A stretch of 64,000 nucleotides of DNA. It comes from Chrysomallon squamiferum. Lineage: Eukaryota; Animalia; Mollusca. This document shows, piece after piece, positions 43,068-57,571 of the stretch. The stretch's first letter is position 1, and each line of letters starts with the position of its first letter. The position numbers were made by a program, and so were the translations under genes. The stretch is taken from assembly GCA_012295275.1 (NCBI GenBank), contig CM022665.1, positions 22,258,001 to 22,322,000 on the forward strand. The letters run 5' to 3'. A model generated the notes under the pieces. That model saw only the letters and a list, made by a program, of their open reading frames with translations, made no database searches and was not told where the DNA came from.

Positions 43068-44115
43068 ATACCGAGTTTGTTTTAACAACACTAGAAATCT
43101 GTTTCATAAGTTAGATATAAAATATTATAGGTACATTAAACTTAATAATAAATGACGCAATAATAAATATTTTGTTTAAGGTATGAACTCCAGAAGTAAA
43201 TAAACGATAATAATTTCTAATAACACTGTTGTTTAATGTGAATATTTACCATAAATTTGAAAACAAATTCTTAAAAACATCTGTTATTTTGTTTTATTTT
43301 TATTTATTTTTTCTATTTATTATATAGTATTACAAATTTTAATTTTTTTTTTTTTTTTTTTCATTTCATTTTTTTGTTTATTTTTATTACTTGTTGTTTT
43401 TCTTCCTAATTTTGTTATTTATGATAATGATAATATATTATTGCTATTATTACATCTATCTTAATAAATTAACAGTGATTACAAACCAAAAATTTAAATA
43501 TTTAAAATAACTGTATAAACAACACTTCAAAGCATGTCAGATATAAATATATTTTTCCTAATCATCTTTCAGCTGTTAATATATTTTATTACCTGTTCAC
43601 AAATTACCTGAACAAACTTAAAAAAACAAATCGGTTAATAAGGAAGATAGGTACCAAACTCTTTATGTCCGTTCTTTTTTTTTTTTTTTTTTTTCTTTTT
43701 TTCCCCATTCCTGTTCCATTCTAAAATGATATTCCAGATTTGAAGAACCCTATGAAATAATTAATGTGAATTTTTTGACAGGTGCCTCAGATTGACAGTA
43801 CCTCTGTTCCGACAACCGCGTGCCTGGGGCGTTTTTCACGCGCCGTTAGTGCAAGAAATGTCAAAACACGTTCAATTTATCTTTCCGTTCCTTTGGCGAT
43901 GCGATATATTTCTTTGAATTTCTGTCGAAAAATTATAGCTTTCCTTCTTCATATAACAGTGCAGAGGTATTTCTCAAAGGAAACTTTACTTTTTCGTTTC
44001 AGAATTTTTTTTTTTTTTTTTTTTTTATCTTTCATTTTGATTAACTTTTTGTGTATGTCTGTTTTCATGTGACTGAGTAAATCTGAAAGACTGACGAACT
44101 GAGCGGAGGGGAGAC

Positions 44116-44153
<38 letters not shown>

Positions 44154-44256
44154 GGACACGTGCGAGAGGGAGAGAAAAGGTACATGAGGATGAGTGAAAG
44201 AGTGATTTTTGTTTTGTTTCTTTGTAGTTTTTTATTTTTTTTTTTTTTTTATTTCT

Positions 44257-44291
<35 letters not shown>

Positions 44292-44460
44292 GCTCTTGCT
44301 TGGAAATGACCGAATTTTTTAAATATATATTTTTTTTTCTGCGTACAAATTGTACTAGCTAATTAAATTCTGTCATTTGTTTTCTATCTCATTTAGTCCA
44401 CTTTTACATTTTACATGATCAATGTCTGAAAAATAATGTAAAATCGACATCAATGTTTTC

Positions 44461-44461
44461 A

Positions 44462-44493
<32 letters not shown>

Positions 44494-44758
44494 TAAATCT
44501 ATAAATAAATAAATAAATGAAAAGTAAAGATATTTTCTATACGATTCATAATGCATTAAATTATTCATTATTTTTTATTTTTACTAATTATTAAACATTA
44601 TGCTAAAATCACAAAGTGTGTGTATACATGTATGTGTACATACACACGCATGTATGCACACATATATACACCCAAGCATAAACCCAAACACATAAAGACA
44701 TAACCATATTATCTTTTTAACTGTAACATATATACTACAACATAGCAAACTATTTTCA

Positions 44759-44827
<69 letters not shown>

Positions 44828-45084
44828 TATATAAGTAAATAAATAATTGAAAAAATATAAGATATTTTCTGTACCATTCATCATGCATTAAAATATTCAT
44901 TTTTTTATTTTTTATTTTTTATAATTATTAAATATTATAGTAAAATAACAACGTGTGCGTATTCATTATATGTGTACACACACACGCAAACATGCACATT
45001 CATATACATCCATGTATAACTGCAAACACATAAACCACATAATCATATTATCTTTTTACCTGTAGCATAAGAAACTATTTTCAG
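44461..45084. repeat. Diverged tandem duplication, two ~300-330-bp units
   Basis: Each unit reads (aat)n...aagatattttct(a/g)tac(g/c)attcat(a/c)atgcattaaa...tgtgtaca...aaacacataaa...catattatctttttaNctgtaNcata...aaactattttcag. Cores start at about 44528 and 44859. Confidence 0.9.
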
Positions 45085-45657
45085 GTACAGAGAAGAACAA
45101 TAAACAAACAGAAAACTACATGATGTATATCTTATGATATATTTGTGTTTTGTGTTGTTTCGGTATTTACTCTCAAACATTTAGTTTACACAGAAGAATA
45201 CATTCGTTATTATTGTTTTTCCGTTCTTTTCCTTTAAGTTAACAAAAAAAAAAAAAAAAAAAAAAAAATTATTTTCACTTTTTCTTTTTGCTTATATTTG
45301 TTCTTCTTTTCACTTCAAGAAAGTATTCTGTAAAAAGGTATAATAAAAAAAAAAAAAAAAAAATATGAATAGTAATAATATTAATTAATATTATTAGTAA
45401 AAATATTAGTATAATGATTACTTATTTATTTATTTTATTTTATTTTATTTCATTTTATATCATTTCATTTAACTTTATTTATTTTACTTTATTTTACTTT
45501 ATATTTTATTTATTAGTTTCAATTATATTTACTAAAATTAAATTAAATATTCTTTTCAGAAAAGAATAATAATAAATAAAATAATAATAATAAAATAAGT
45601 AAAATAAGAATTAATAGTTTAAAAAAAATTATGAATATTTAAAATATGGTTCATAAA

Positions 45658-45694
<37 letters not shown>

Positions 45695-48600
45695 CTTAGG
45701 CTACGATTATGATTTTACGAATTAAATAGCATGTTTACCAGTTTTATTTCAGTATTTTGAAACCGTGATAATTTTTATATAATATTAACAGAAATATATA
45801 TTTTGTACTTGCATTTATCAGTATATATGCTAAATTCGAACTAAATTTTGAAGAAAAAAAAATATATATTATTTTAATTCTATTTTATGTTTGATATAAT
45901 AAAGCTGGTTTATTAAAATAATACAAAACAATAAAGAAAACGAATAAATATATGTATACGAATAGGAAAAAAAATAAATAAAACACAGTGTAAAAGAAAA
46001 AATAGTCATCGTATTAGTAGTAAAAATAATAATAACAACAACAACATTAAAAATAATTATGGATATTTAGAATTTACATAATTTTATTTGGATACCTTGA
46101 AGAACAATAATACTATAGATACAAATACCAATAGATCTTCATTTCTAAGTTATTTAAAAACAAATATCTTAACAAGACTGGTTTACTTTCATATTTACTT
46201 TCATAACCGAAGAAAAGAGTAATAAAGAAGATATTTAACTATATTTAAAAAAAAAAAAAAATTAAATTAAATTAAATAAGCGAAAAAATAAATATTAACA
46301 AAAATAACGACAGTCTGACAATGACATAAAATAAATATTCATGTATAAATTCACAAGGAAAGATTTTTGTTATTATTATGATTTTTGATTTTTGATTTAT
46401 TTGATTTATTTATATTATTTTTTGTTGTTGTTGTTGTTTCTACGTTGTATTTTTGTGTGTTTTTGTTTCCTTTCTTAATACATTTATTTTTTTATTATTA
46501 TTTGTTTGTTTGTATTCCTTTGCTTATTGATTGATTTATTTTTTTATTTTGTCTGATAATTATTATATAATATTAACAGAAATATATATTTTGTACTTGC
46601 ATTAACCATAGCACATAATAAAATAATCAAATATTTATTTCTTACAAATTTTAATAATTTAATGTAAGTCAAAAAATCTAAATAAATATAAAAAAAAGTA
46701 TAATATTTAATCTCATGAAAATATAAAAAATATCATATCTAAACGAACAAATCTTCACGTAAACCCCCCAAAAAACCCCACACACATTATTTAATTAAAT
46801 AAATATGTTATTATTTAAAACTGTTGTATAAAGATTAAATCTTGAAGCAGACGCTAGTACGTAATGACCTCTTCGATAAAATTATTTTTAAGTTGTTTTT
46901 ATATATACATGCACGTAAAACTGACAGATACATACACACATACCTGCACACACATATACACAAACACGTGCGTACATAGATACATACATACATACATACA
47001 TACATACACAGATACATACATACACACACACACACACATACACTTATATACCTTTATAAAAACAAAAACAATGAGGCAGTTGTAATAATAATAATTTAAA
47101 TTAAAAATATGGTTTCAATTAGAAACTGTTTTACGAATAATAAATCAGCAAATATATGTTATTTATTTGTTTACTTACTTACGTACTTATTTACTTTTTT
47201 ATATGTTTGGTTTTGCTTTAGTTATCTGTTTTTCATTTGATCGATTAGTACCTAACTTCCTAAAATAGAAAAAGTTTCATCAACAAACGTCTATATATAT
47301 ATAGATATATATATATATCAAGGCTGTATTAGATTTCTGTAAAATGTAACATAACAGATAAAATGTCCAAGAAAAAATTCTGTATCGCTATATCATAACT
47401 AATAAGATATAAAATATCTTTTTTTTTTTTCTCGTGAAATTTATGATATTTACTTAAACTAACGATCAACAATTTGAAAAGCAGATTAAAAGGTAATTAA
47501 TTTTATTTGCCAGTAATTTGGGTTTTATTATATTATATTTATTTATTCATTTTTTTTCATTCATTCATTCATTTATTTTATTTATTTTTGTATTATTATT
47601 ATTATTTGGTAACATAGGTAAACCTATTTATTTGTTTATCTGCATGATTGTTTGTTTGTTAGTTTACCTGATACTACATATCTTCTAAAAAATAAAAAAT
47701 AATAAAAAATAAAAAAATTCCACACATTTACTAATATTAAGCTTATTTTACATTACTGTTGTGAAAATAAAACAGATTTGATATTCATTCGATAGCTTTG
47801 ACTACCGACTTCACCTAAATATATTCAACACACTAAGAAATGATTTCTCTGACAGAAGATTTGAAAATAAAATTCTTAAATTCTTTCGAGTGATTTCAAG
47901 TGTTTTCTGAAAGTATAGAGAGCGTTAAGGTGACAACTGCCGCTGTATTTGTCTTAGTTTCGGAGAGCTCACGTGTCATTTCAAAAATTCGATGGTCTCC
48001 CTTGAAAGATTAAAAGTAAACTTGATGGGTGAAAACCCACACTTAGTGACGCCAGTGATATTTTAGGTTTAACACACAGTGATCCAAGACAAGCAAAACG
48101 TGTTTGCACGGGTACTTTTTTAGTTACCTTTGTGTTTTTATTTATTTATTTATTTATTGTAATGGCTCCCATTTCATGCAAAAAAGAAGAACAAAATTAA
48201 ATTTTAAAAAAATGCAGTGAAAATATAACAGGTTTAACTTATATTATTTTTTAGGACACGTATAACTTGATATTCAATAAAAAAATTTTTAGAGAGAAGG
48301 ATATAATGATGAAAAAATTGAGAACGATTTTTAATTTTTAAATTTAATTTTTTTTAAGTTAAACACTTACATCTTCATCTACGTACAAACTTCTAAAATT
48401 ATGAAAGCCACGATTTATTTTATTACTTCATATTTACATCTTATCATCCACGAAACTGAACGGAATTCGTAACAACAAAAAATCATATTAAATTATTTTC
48501 ATTTTTAAAAATAAAAAATTTTTTATTTTTTTTTTTTTTTTAAATTATTTTCTCTAGTTCACTTTAAGTATTTCAGAACTGGTTTATAAACCAAATACAA

Positions 48601-50495
48601 ACCAAGCTTTTAAACGCGATGACCTAACCACTGTTCCAACGATAGAAGCAAGTGCAGGACTTATCGTGTTTCATCTCGCAGTTCGGCTTGCCTTCAAGCG
48701 TATCGGGTGTCGAAGGTACTAGAACACTGGATTCCGAGATGGCTGGCATTCCACCTGAAATCAAGGACGTACGTAGCGTGCCAAATTAGCACACAAACAC
48801 GTAAGATATATTGTTTATGTCACGGGGAGCTAATCACGAGAGATATGCTATGACAGTCATGTCTGATTTACTTTCTTTGTACCGTGTGACGGGAAAACAA
48901 TGACAAATTGATTTTTAATACATTCAAGCACTTTGCCTCTCTCACAGCAATCACAAATTACCGTTTTAATTTTAATTTTAATTTAATTTTATTTTTTTTA
49001 TTTTTATTTTTTATTTTTTTTGTGGATTAAATGAGTCTTTCGTATTAGTGACATGTATATATAGACATGCTATATATATATATATAAAAAAAATTAATTA
49101 AATAAGTATTATTTTAGAGAAATTGAGTTAATATATATTTGTAAAATTTGTAAAATTGATTTATCTTATATTTGTTAATTTGTTAATTTTTTTAATTAAG
49201 TGAATATTATATTAGTGACATTTATTTATTTTTATTTTACTATGTTTTCAGTATTTCTTCACATATACATAATTTTAACTTTTGAATTAAGTGAGTTTTA
49301 TTTAATATTTATTTTTATTATGTTTGCTATATTTCGTTTTTACATAATTATAAATAATTTTTATTTTTGAATTAAATGAATATTATATTAGTTTAATGTA
49401 TTTAATATATATTTTTACGTCTTGTAAAATTTGTGTTTTACATATATTTAATTATATTTATAAATTTAAATGAGTATTATATTTCTTAAATTTATATAAA
49501 AAATATATATATATATATATATATATTATTATTTAAATAAATTTGTAATGTTTCCATTTTATATGTACATTTGATCTAAATGAATATATATATATATATA
49601 TATAAATATATATAATTATTTTAATTTATACAATTTTTTAAAATTATTATTTAACTGAATTTGTAATAGTTCTTCATTATTATATATATGTAATAACAGG
49701 CTTTTCTTTTACATGTTTCATTTTTAAATTATTTTTAATTGTCACTTTTTGTTACAGTAGTAACACCGTCAACACACAGTTGATGACTAATTATGGGTGA
49801 TTTTCAATTTTAATTATTTATTTACTTACTTACTCATTACTACAGTTTTTTTTATTATTAATAATTTTTTATATTTATTTATTTTCATTTTATTTTTATT
49901 TTTATTCTAATTTTTGGGGGGTAGGCGTCGGGAGGCATGTTTTCTAATTATTTGTATATATATATATATTAATTTTTTTTATTTTTTTTTTTCAGTTGTT
50001 TTGTTACTGTTTTTTCTAAAACTGTATCATTATTCGTATTGCTCGTGTTACTATTATTGTAGTTGTTGTTCTTGTTATTTACTTATTTATATTTGTTTGT
50101 TTAGGTACTTACTTACCTATTTTATGGTTTTCGTATTTGTCAGGGATTCTAACCTCATGAAAAATTAAGAATTTATAGTATGCATTAATTATTTATTTTT
50201 ATTTCATTTCACATTACAGCTAAACATAAATGTAATCTCTGATTCATTTAAAATAGAATAAAAATGCATTTGTTTATCTAAGAAAAAATTACGTATAACA
50301 GTTATTTTATTAATACTAAATTTCAGTTCAGATAAATACAGTAAAAAAAATAAAATGTTACAAAATCAAATCTAATCAAATAAATGATTACCATAAAAGA
50401 ACAATAGGAAAAATAAAATAAAAAAGAACCCGAAATAAATTCATAAATTGTCTCATTAATTAAAGTATTTGTTTGTTTGTTTTAATGGGCGTTTG

Positions 50496-50543
<48 letters not shown>

Positions 50544-50962
50544 TTAATCTTTGAGTTCTTTTACTGAGTTTTATAAACGAAAAATAATACGTCAGACATT
50601 TATTTTTTCGGGATTTATTTGATTATATTGTTTATTTGTTTTCACTATTATTTTTCCTTCAAAGAACATTTATAAAATTCTAAATGTACAGGAATAAGTC
50701 CCTCTTTCTTTGTTTTTTTTTTTTTTTTTTTTTGCAGCTATATAAAATATCAAATTATTTACATAAACTTTTTATATTTATCATTACTCAGTTAGGTAAA
50801 CATCAAACTTGATCTTATAATAAAGTGTTCTAATATTTAATATTTGAAATTAGTTTCAACGTGTTGTTCTGAAACTTTTCATAAATTTATCTGTAAATCA
50901 AATAACAGTCTATGTAACTATCGTATCCATCTTGAAAAAAAAAAAAAAAAAAAAAATAAAAT

Positions 50963-51010
<48 letters not shown>

Positions 51011-53251
51011 TAAATAAAAATAAAATAAATAATGATGATAATGCCACTGAAATACACAAGTTAGCTTCTAAATATGCTTGCTATTATTGTACTAAATCTA
51101 TACAGTTTACACGTAAAGCCAAATAAATCTTAACAGATCTTTTGTTAACTGACCTGACTAGTGTCATGTCTTCTTGCTACTAAACACAAATTTCATTTGC
51201 ATGTGACAATGTTTTTTAATTTAAAAAAAAAAAAAAATTATTTCGATTACAGGCAGAATAAAAAATATTGGTAAAATGACATAATCCTTAAAATATAATT
51301 AATTTTTGAAAATATATTAAAATTTTGGATTGTTCGATATTCTAACTAGAAATATTAAATAGAAATACAGATTCAGTAACAGTAATGAGATGTTTTATTT
51401 TCTTTGTTGTTGTTGTTTGGTTGGTTGGTTGGTTCTTTTGTTGTTGTTGTTTGTTGTAGGGGCTTTTTTTTTCTTTTTTTTTTTTTTTTTTTTTTTGAGA
51501 ATTAATTTTTTTTTTTTTTTTTTTTTTAATTTTCTTGCTGGATTGTTTTCCTATGTAATTAACGATACGGTTGTTTAAAAATATATATTATAAAACGTTA
51601 GACTAATTTTCAATCTAAGTATTTAAACTATACTTGAAATTAGATGTATTAATTATTTATTGTTTTATATTTCTTACTTTTCTTTCACTCCGCAATCATA
51701 TTTAAAAAGGAAAATGTTTTTTGGGTGTGTTTTTTTTAATATAAATTTTAATTGAGTTTATTACTTTTTATTTGTTCTGTATACCTGTCAGCCTATCTGT
51801 ATATTTTCTATCTGACTATCAGTCTGAAAGCAGTTCTATATTCCGCAAACAATAACGATATCTTTTTAAAAATAATTTTTTATTGCTTATAAATTCTTTC
51901 AAATATGAGAATTAACATGAAAATTATATTTGCATTATTAAATACATTTCACCAGTTATTGTTTCATTACTTTAGATTTTTGGGGGTATAATGATAATTA
52001 TGCTGATGATTATTATGAATAGTAAAATAATAGATGAATCATCTTTTCAAAAAGTCATGACATGAAAATACCAAATAAAACGTATTATTCTAAAAGAGAT
52101 ATCAGTTTATGAAATTTATTCTAATAGCTGCAAATGAATAATATCAACTATAAATTATTCAAAGAATACAGTTTGAAGTATTGGTCGAAGTCAGTGTTTT
52201 TCTTAATGCAAATTCCGATAACAACAACAACAACATCAACATCAACAACAACAACAAAAATAACAAAAAATAATATTAAAAAAACACATTAGTTTTATAT
52301 ATTTTAGTTTTTGTATTACATGCATTATTATTATCATCATCATCATAAACATCACCATTATTATTTTTATTTATTGCTATTATCGTCATCACCAACATCA
52401 TCATCATCATTATTACTATTACTATTATTATTATTATTATTATTAATTATTTTATTTGAATTTATTGTTATGATTTGTATTATTTTTTATTCATTTATTT
52501 TATTTTATTTTATTCTTTTTACTTGTTAGACGCATGCTTTCTGGACACGCATACGAATGAATATAAAAAATACAGTTTCATTAGGTAATTATTACATTTT
52601 ATAATTGTTACTGAAGTTATATTTAAGGTAAATACAAATCTGAATAACAGCTAAGTTCCTAAAACTGAAACGTATTCCCCAAAAAAATAATTCATCTATT
52701 TGCACCATTCTTTGAAGTAAATTTACCATTACAGTGGAAAGAATCTGGATCTTGGAAATCATCATTAACATTGTTTTTAAATTTTAATCACGATGTTTAT
52801 TTCTTTGTTAACAGTTTGAAAACGTTAGAAAGAAAGAATGAAGAAGGAAAAAAGCCATGGTAAAATGTTTTTTCCGTCTTATTGAATGAATGATTTAAAA
52901 TCATAATCATTAGAAAGTGTTGTTCTTAATTAAATTACCCAACGTATTTATAAACCTTTTGTAGTAATTATGTATATTTGTTATGTTTGTTTCGAAATAT
53001 TAACTTTATTTTAAACAGTGTGAAATTAAAAATAAAGGAAACAAGAAATTTGAGAAAAGCAGTACCAAGAGTTGGCAAACAAAACAAACAAACAAACAAA
53101 CAAACAAACAAAACGACAAATAAACAAACAAACAAACCAATAAATAAATAAATAAAAATAATAAAGCGTTATGTTATCGTTCAGAAACGTGTGAACAAAT
53201 ATAAGTTTTATTCACATTTTCATCACTTCATCATCATCATCATCATCATCA

Positions 53252-53283
<32 letters not shown>

Positions 53284-53849
53284 TATTAATAAAACTGGTT
53301 TTATATTTATTTTCCTTTTCATATTGTTTTCTCTTGTCCAGATGTACATGATTTCATTAATAATGTGACATTCGTAATAAGAAACAATCTAAATTGTGTA
53401 TTTGATATGGACAATTAATAAAACGAAACAAAAACAAACAAATTTCAAACTTTCCCATTATTATTATATTTCCAGTCATTCTTGCTAACTAAATATTTCA
53501 TCGTATCAGATTAATGTTATTACTTATAAATTCAAATATGAAACACATATTATTAAAAAACCCACATTTAATCAGAAAATGATGAAAAAAAACAACTACA
53601 TCCTAAGCAACTAACACTAAGGATTTTCAAAACTGGACTATTTTCTATTATGAAATATATGCTCAAATTAAAAAAATTAAAAAATTAATAAATAACAATA
53701 ATATACTGAACTTTTTTTTAATCGTATGAAATAAATGACATAATTGTGTTAATACTGCTTGTATGAATAAAATATTTATCACATATTGAAAAAAATCCAA
53801 ATATTGTTATATTATTTTCCTCTTGCTGACAAGACAAATCCAATATGAT

Positions 53850-55220
53850 AAATACCCATTCAAATTTGCTACTTCCAGTCATCAAGAATTTTAATTATGT
53901 TATTGCTTGTTATCAAATACACAAAAGCCAGTTAGATTATTCTAAATTATCATATACAGAAGATTTAACAAAATCAAATGGATTTCTTCCAATTTCAAGA
54001 AAAAGAAACTCTTTTCTAGTTTTCCATTATAATTATTATTCCAACAGATAATTTCCTGTTGCCAATTTTACATTTTTTTATTATGTCCTTTGGAAAATAG
54101 GTATTATTAATTTCTATTATCAAACATACGTTAGATGGTCTTCTATTGTCAAAGACATTATTTAGATTATTTTATATTATCTTCAGATAGAATAAACAAT
54201 TTAAATTACTTCATATGATCACATTTACAATTTAGATTGATTTATTTTATCATATATGCCATTTAGAACGCATATTATTAAAATATATATTATTTAAATA
54301 ACGTGCTAATATACGAGTTCGATTATCTCCTATTATTTAATCAAATATACGTTATTACCTAATAAAAAATATACGATTTAGTTTATTTCCTATTATCGGA
54401 TTATTTCCTATTGTTAAGTTATTCCCTATTATCAATTCAAATTAATTCTTCCATATTAACAAATCTATGATTTAGAAGAAGTCTTGTTATCAAATTTACG
54501 ATTTAGATTATTTCCTATTATCAAATCAAATATACAACTTAGATCATTCTTTTTTATCAAATATATGATTTAGATTTTTCAAATGTATAATTTACATTAT
54601 TCCTTATCAAATCAAATATACATTTTAGATTTGTTCACATTATTAAATAAACAACTTATATACATTCCTATTATCAAACATACAACTTATACTATTTCCT
54701 ATTAACAAACATTAAATTATTTCCTAATATGAAATATACAACTTATTTTATTTCCTATTATCAAATAAACAACTTAGTGAATTTCCTATTATCATATATA
54801 CAACTTAGATTAATTCCTATTATCATATTTACAACTTATATTATATCTTATTATCAAACATACAACTTAAATTATTTCCTATTTGTCATATTTACAACTT
54901 AGATTCTCCTTATAATCAAATATACAACTTAGATTATTTTCTATTATTATATATAGATCTTATGTTATTTCTTATTATCAAACATACAACTTAGATTAAT
55001 TCCTCTTACCATATTTACAACTTATATTTTCCCTGTAATCAAATATACAAATTAGATCATTTCCTGTTATCAAATATACATCTTAGATTTTCCCCTATTA
55101 TCAAATATACAACTTAGATTTTCCCTATTATCAAATATACAAGTTAGATTTTCCGTTTAATCAAATATACAAATTAGATTATTTCCTGTTATCAGACGAA
55201 CAACGTAGATTATTTTCCTT
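53850..55220. repeat. 31-bp minisatellite array (ttagattatttcctattatcaaatatacaac)
   Basis: Clear 31-bp period at 54500-55210, fading into diverged copies leftwards. Roughly 40 units by length estimate. Confidence 0.92.
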
Positions 55221-55984
55221 TTTATTTTTCATATCAACTATACAGTTTTGTTTTACTTTTTAATATCAGCTATTTACATTAATTGTGGTATATTAATCGT
55301 TCTTCTATTTTAATTTAACACTTAATATTCTTTATATAGCTAGTTGTTAGTTAGTTAGTTTGTTAGTTATCCAATCATAAATTGTAAATTATCAAGGATA
55401 TTTACTTGTGCATTTTCTTAATTTATTTTTGTTTCTTTCTTTCATGTTTATTTATTAATTATTTATTTATTTATCCGGTCATAAATTGTAAATTATTAAG
55501 GATAATTTATTTTTTAAATGTATTTGTTTTTTTGTTTGTTTGTTTGTTTGTTTATTTGTTTATCTTGTCATAAACTGCAAATTATTTAGGATAAATTCTT
55601 CTTCTTTTTTTTTAGTTTATTTATTTGCGTTTGTTTGTTTGTTGTTTTGTCAAATTCACATATAGTATTAAATATTTATTTTGTAGAATAAGGATATATT
55701 CAAATTAAGATAGAAATATGCAACTGATTTTTCAAAAAAAAAAAAAAATAATAATAATAAGAAGAAGAAGAAGAAGAAACATAAAAACAACAAAAACAGC
55801 AACAACAAACAACAACAACAACAACAACAACAACAATACAACAAAAAAAAAAAAAAAAAAAAAAAAAGAGGTAACACAAAAACATTGTTTCCTTTGACCT
55901 GGAAATTAAATGAAAAAAGATTATATCAGTCCAGTTCGTTATTTGTCACTGAAACACAGACATGATTTATAGCAATATCACAGA

Positions 55985-56115
55985 ACTAATTAATGAATAA
56001 TGAATGAATAAAAGAATGAGATAATTAATGAATAATAAATGAATAAAAAAATGAGAAAATTAACGAATAATGAATGAATAAAAGCGATAATGAATGAATA
56101 AATGAATAAATGAAT
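55985..56115. repeat. (aataatgaatgaataaaa)-type short tandem repeat
   Basis: Read directly. Confidence 0.75.
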
Positions 56116-56493
56116 TTGTCAAGTATTTCAGTTGTTCATTTGTTATTAGTACGAAGTGGTTGTTGTGTTTTGTTTTGCTTTTTAATGATAGTTCATTGGC
56201 ATATGTGGTGGTCTTTGGTTTAAATCAGATTTAATTCTCAGATTAGATTTGTCTAATAAAATATATAGACAGTTATATATATATATAACAGACATCATTC
56301 TCTGATGAGACAAATTAGCTTTGTACTAGAGCGCAGAAATTACTTAATTTCTCTTTATTAAATTATCATTTTCATCTTCAGAATACCATCGTTATAATCT
56401 TCATTATCATTGTTATTGTTGTTGTTGTTGCTGTTATTATTATTACTTTTACTATTATTTTTATTGTTGTTATTGTTATTATTATTATTGTTA

Positions 56494-56534
<41 letters not shown>

Positions 56535-57540
56535 GTCATTGTTGTTGCTGCTACTGTTGTTTCTTGAGATGTTAATGTCTTTATCATTACCACCATCAAC
56601 ATCATCATCATTATCATTACCATCAGAAAAAGATGAAATGTGGATTTTGACTTTAGAACATAACTTGTTTTTACAATACAGTACCTTCCCCCACCCCACC
56701 CCAGACTAATAACAATTGATTTTTTTTAAACAAAATATCATTCAAATATTCGGTATGACTGAAAACAAGAATATAATACATCATGTAGGCATTTCATTCT
56801 CCGATTCTGAATATATGAAATTTAAAAAAAATGCAAAAATGAATTAAATTTGAGAAACTGAAAAATAATATTACAGTGTCATCATTAGAACTTACCATCA
56901 TCGCGACGCTGCCAACATGATGCAATGTAAAGTTAGATTATGTTACCTTATTTGCACTCAGTTCCATTTTTATGTACACTTTCTAGTTCTAACCCCTGCA
57001 AGTCAAGTCATCCCTGACCATTTTACATGTAAACTAGAGTGCAAGAACATAAAACTGAAATGCTTGAACAAATATGCAGCGAAATAATCGAGATTTTGTC
57101 TTGGGAGAGGAAGGGCAATTTCTGATAATCATCTTGAATGTTTTCGGTAAATTCAAACTTAAACTAGTATTTCCTGCGTATTAAAGTTTGCTCGAGAAGA
57201 AACCTTTTCCTATATCACTTCATATTGATATATATCATAAACGTGGGGATAAAGCCCTTTTCTTGTGTGTCATGGGTCGCATGCTCAATCCTCCTTTCTA
57301 CGCCCTTTGGGACATTTCCCGTTACAGCTAATGCTTCAGGGCTAGTAAATCAGAAGCTGTGGTGCTTGTTTTTACCCCTGTCTATTGGACTTGATAAGAA
57401 CAGATGAAGGAGTGGCATGAGGATTTCCTTTTCTTTCACCACATTAAAGAAACCACAGAATTGATAAACGTCAATGTGGTGATGGTGACGGTTGTTTCGT
57501 TTTCAAGTAACTAAAAACTGGTCATTTTTAGCTGTTTATT

Positions 57541-57571
<31 letters not shown>

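Noticed and set aside
53850-55593. CRISPR-like appearance of the 31-bp array and the 34-bp repeat-spacer triplet
   Set aside because: Eukaryotic context, no cas genes, and units are either contiguous or separated by low-complexity spacers.
56298-56345. Hammerhead-like CTGATGA-gacaaa-ttagc-tttgt (similar partial cores at about 24264 and 36292)
   Set aside because: GAAA does not follow stem II directly and no stems I/III with an NUH site can be formed.
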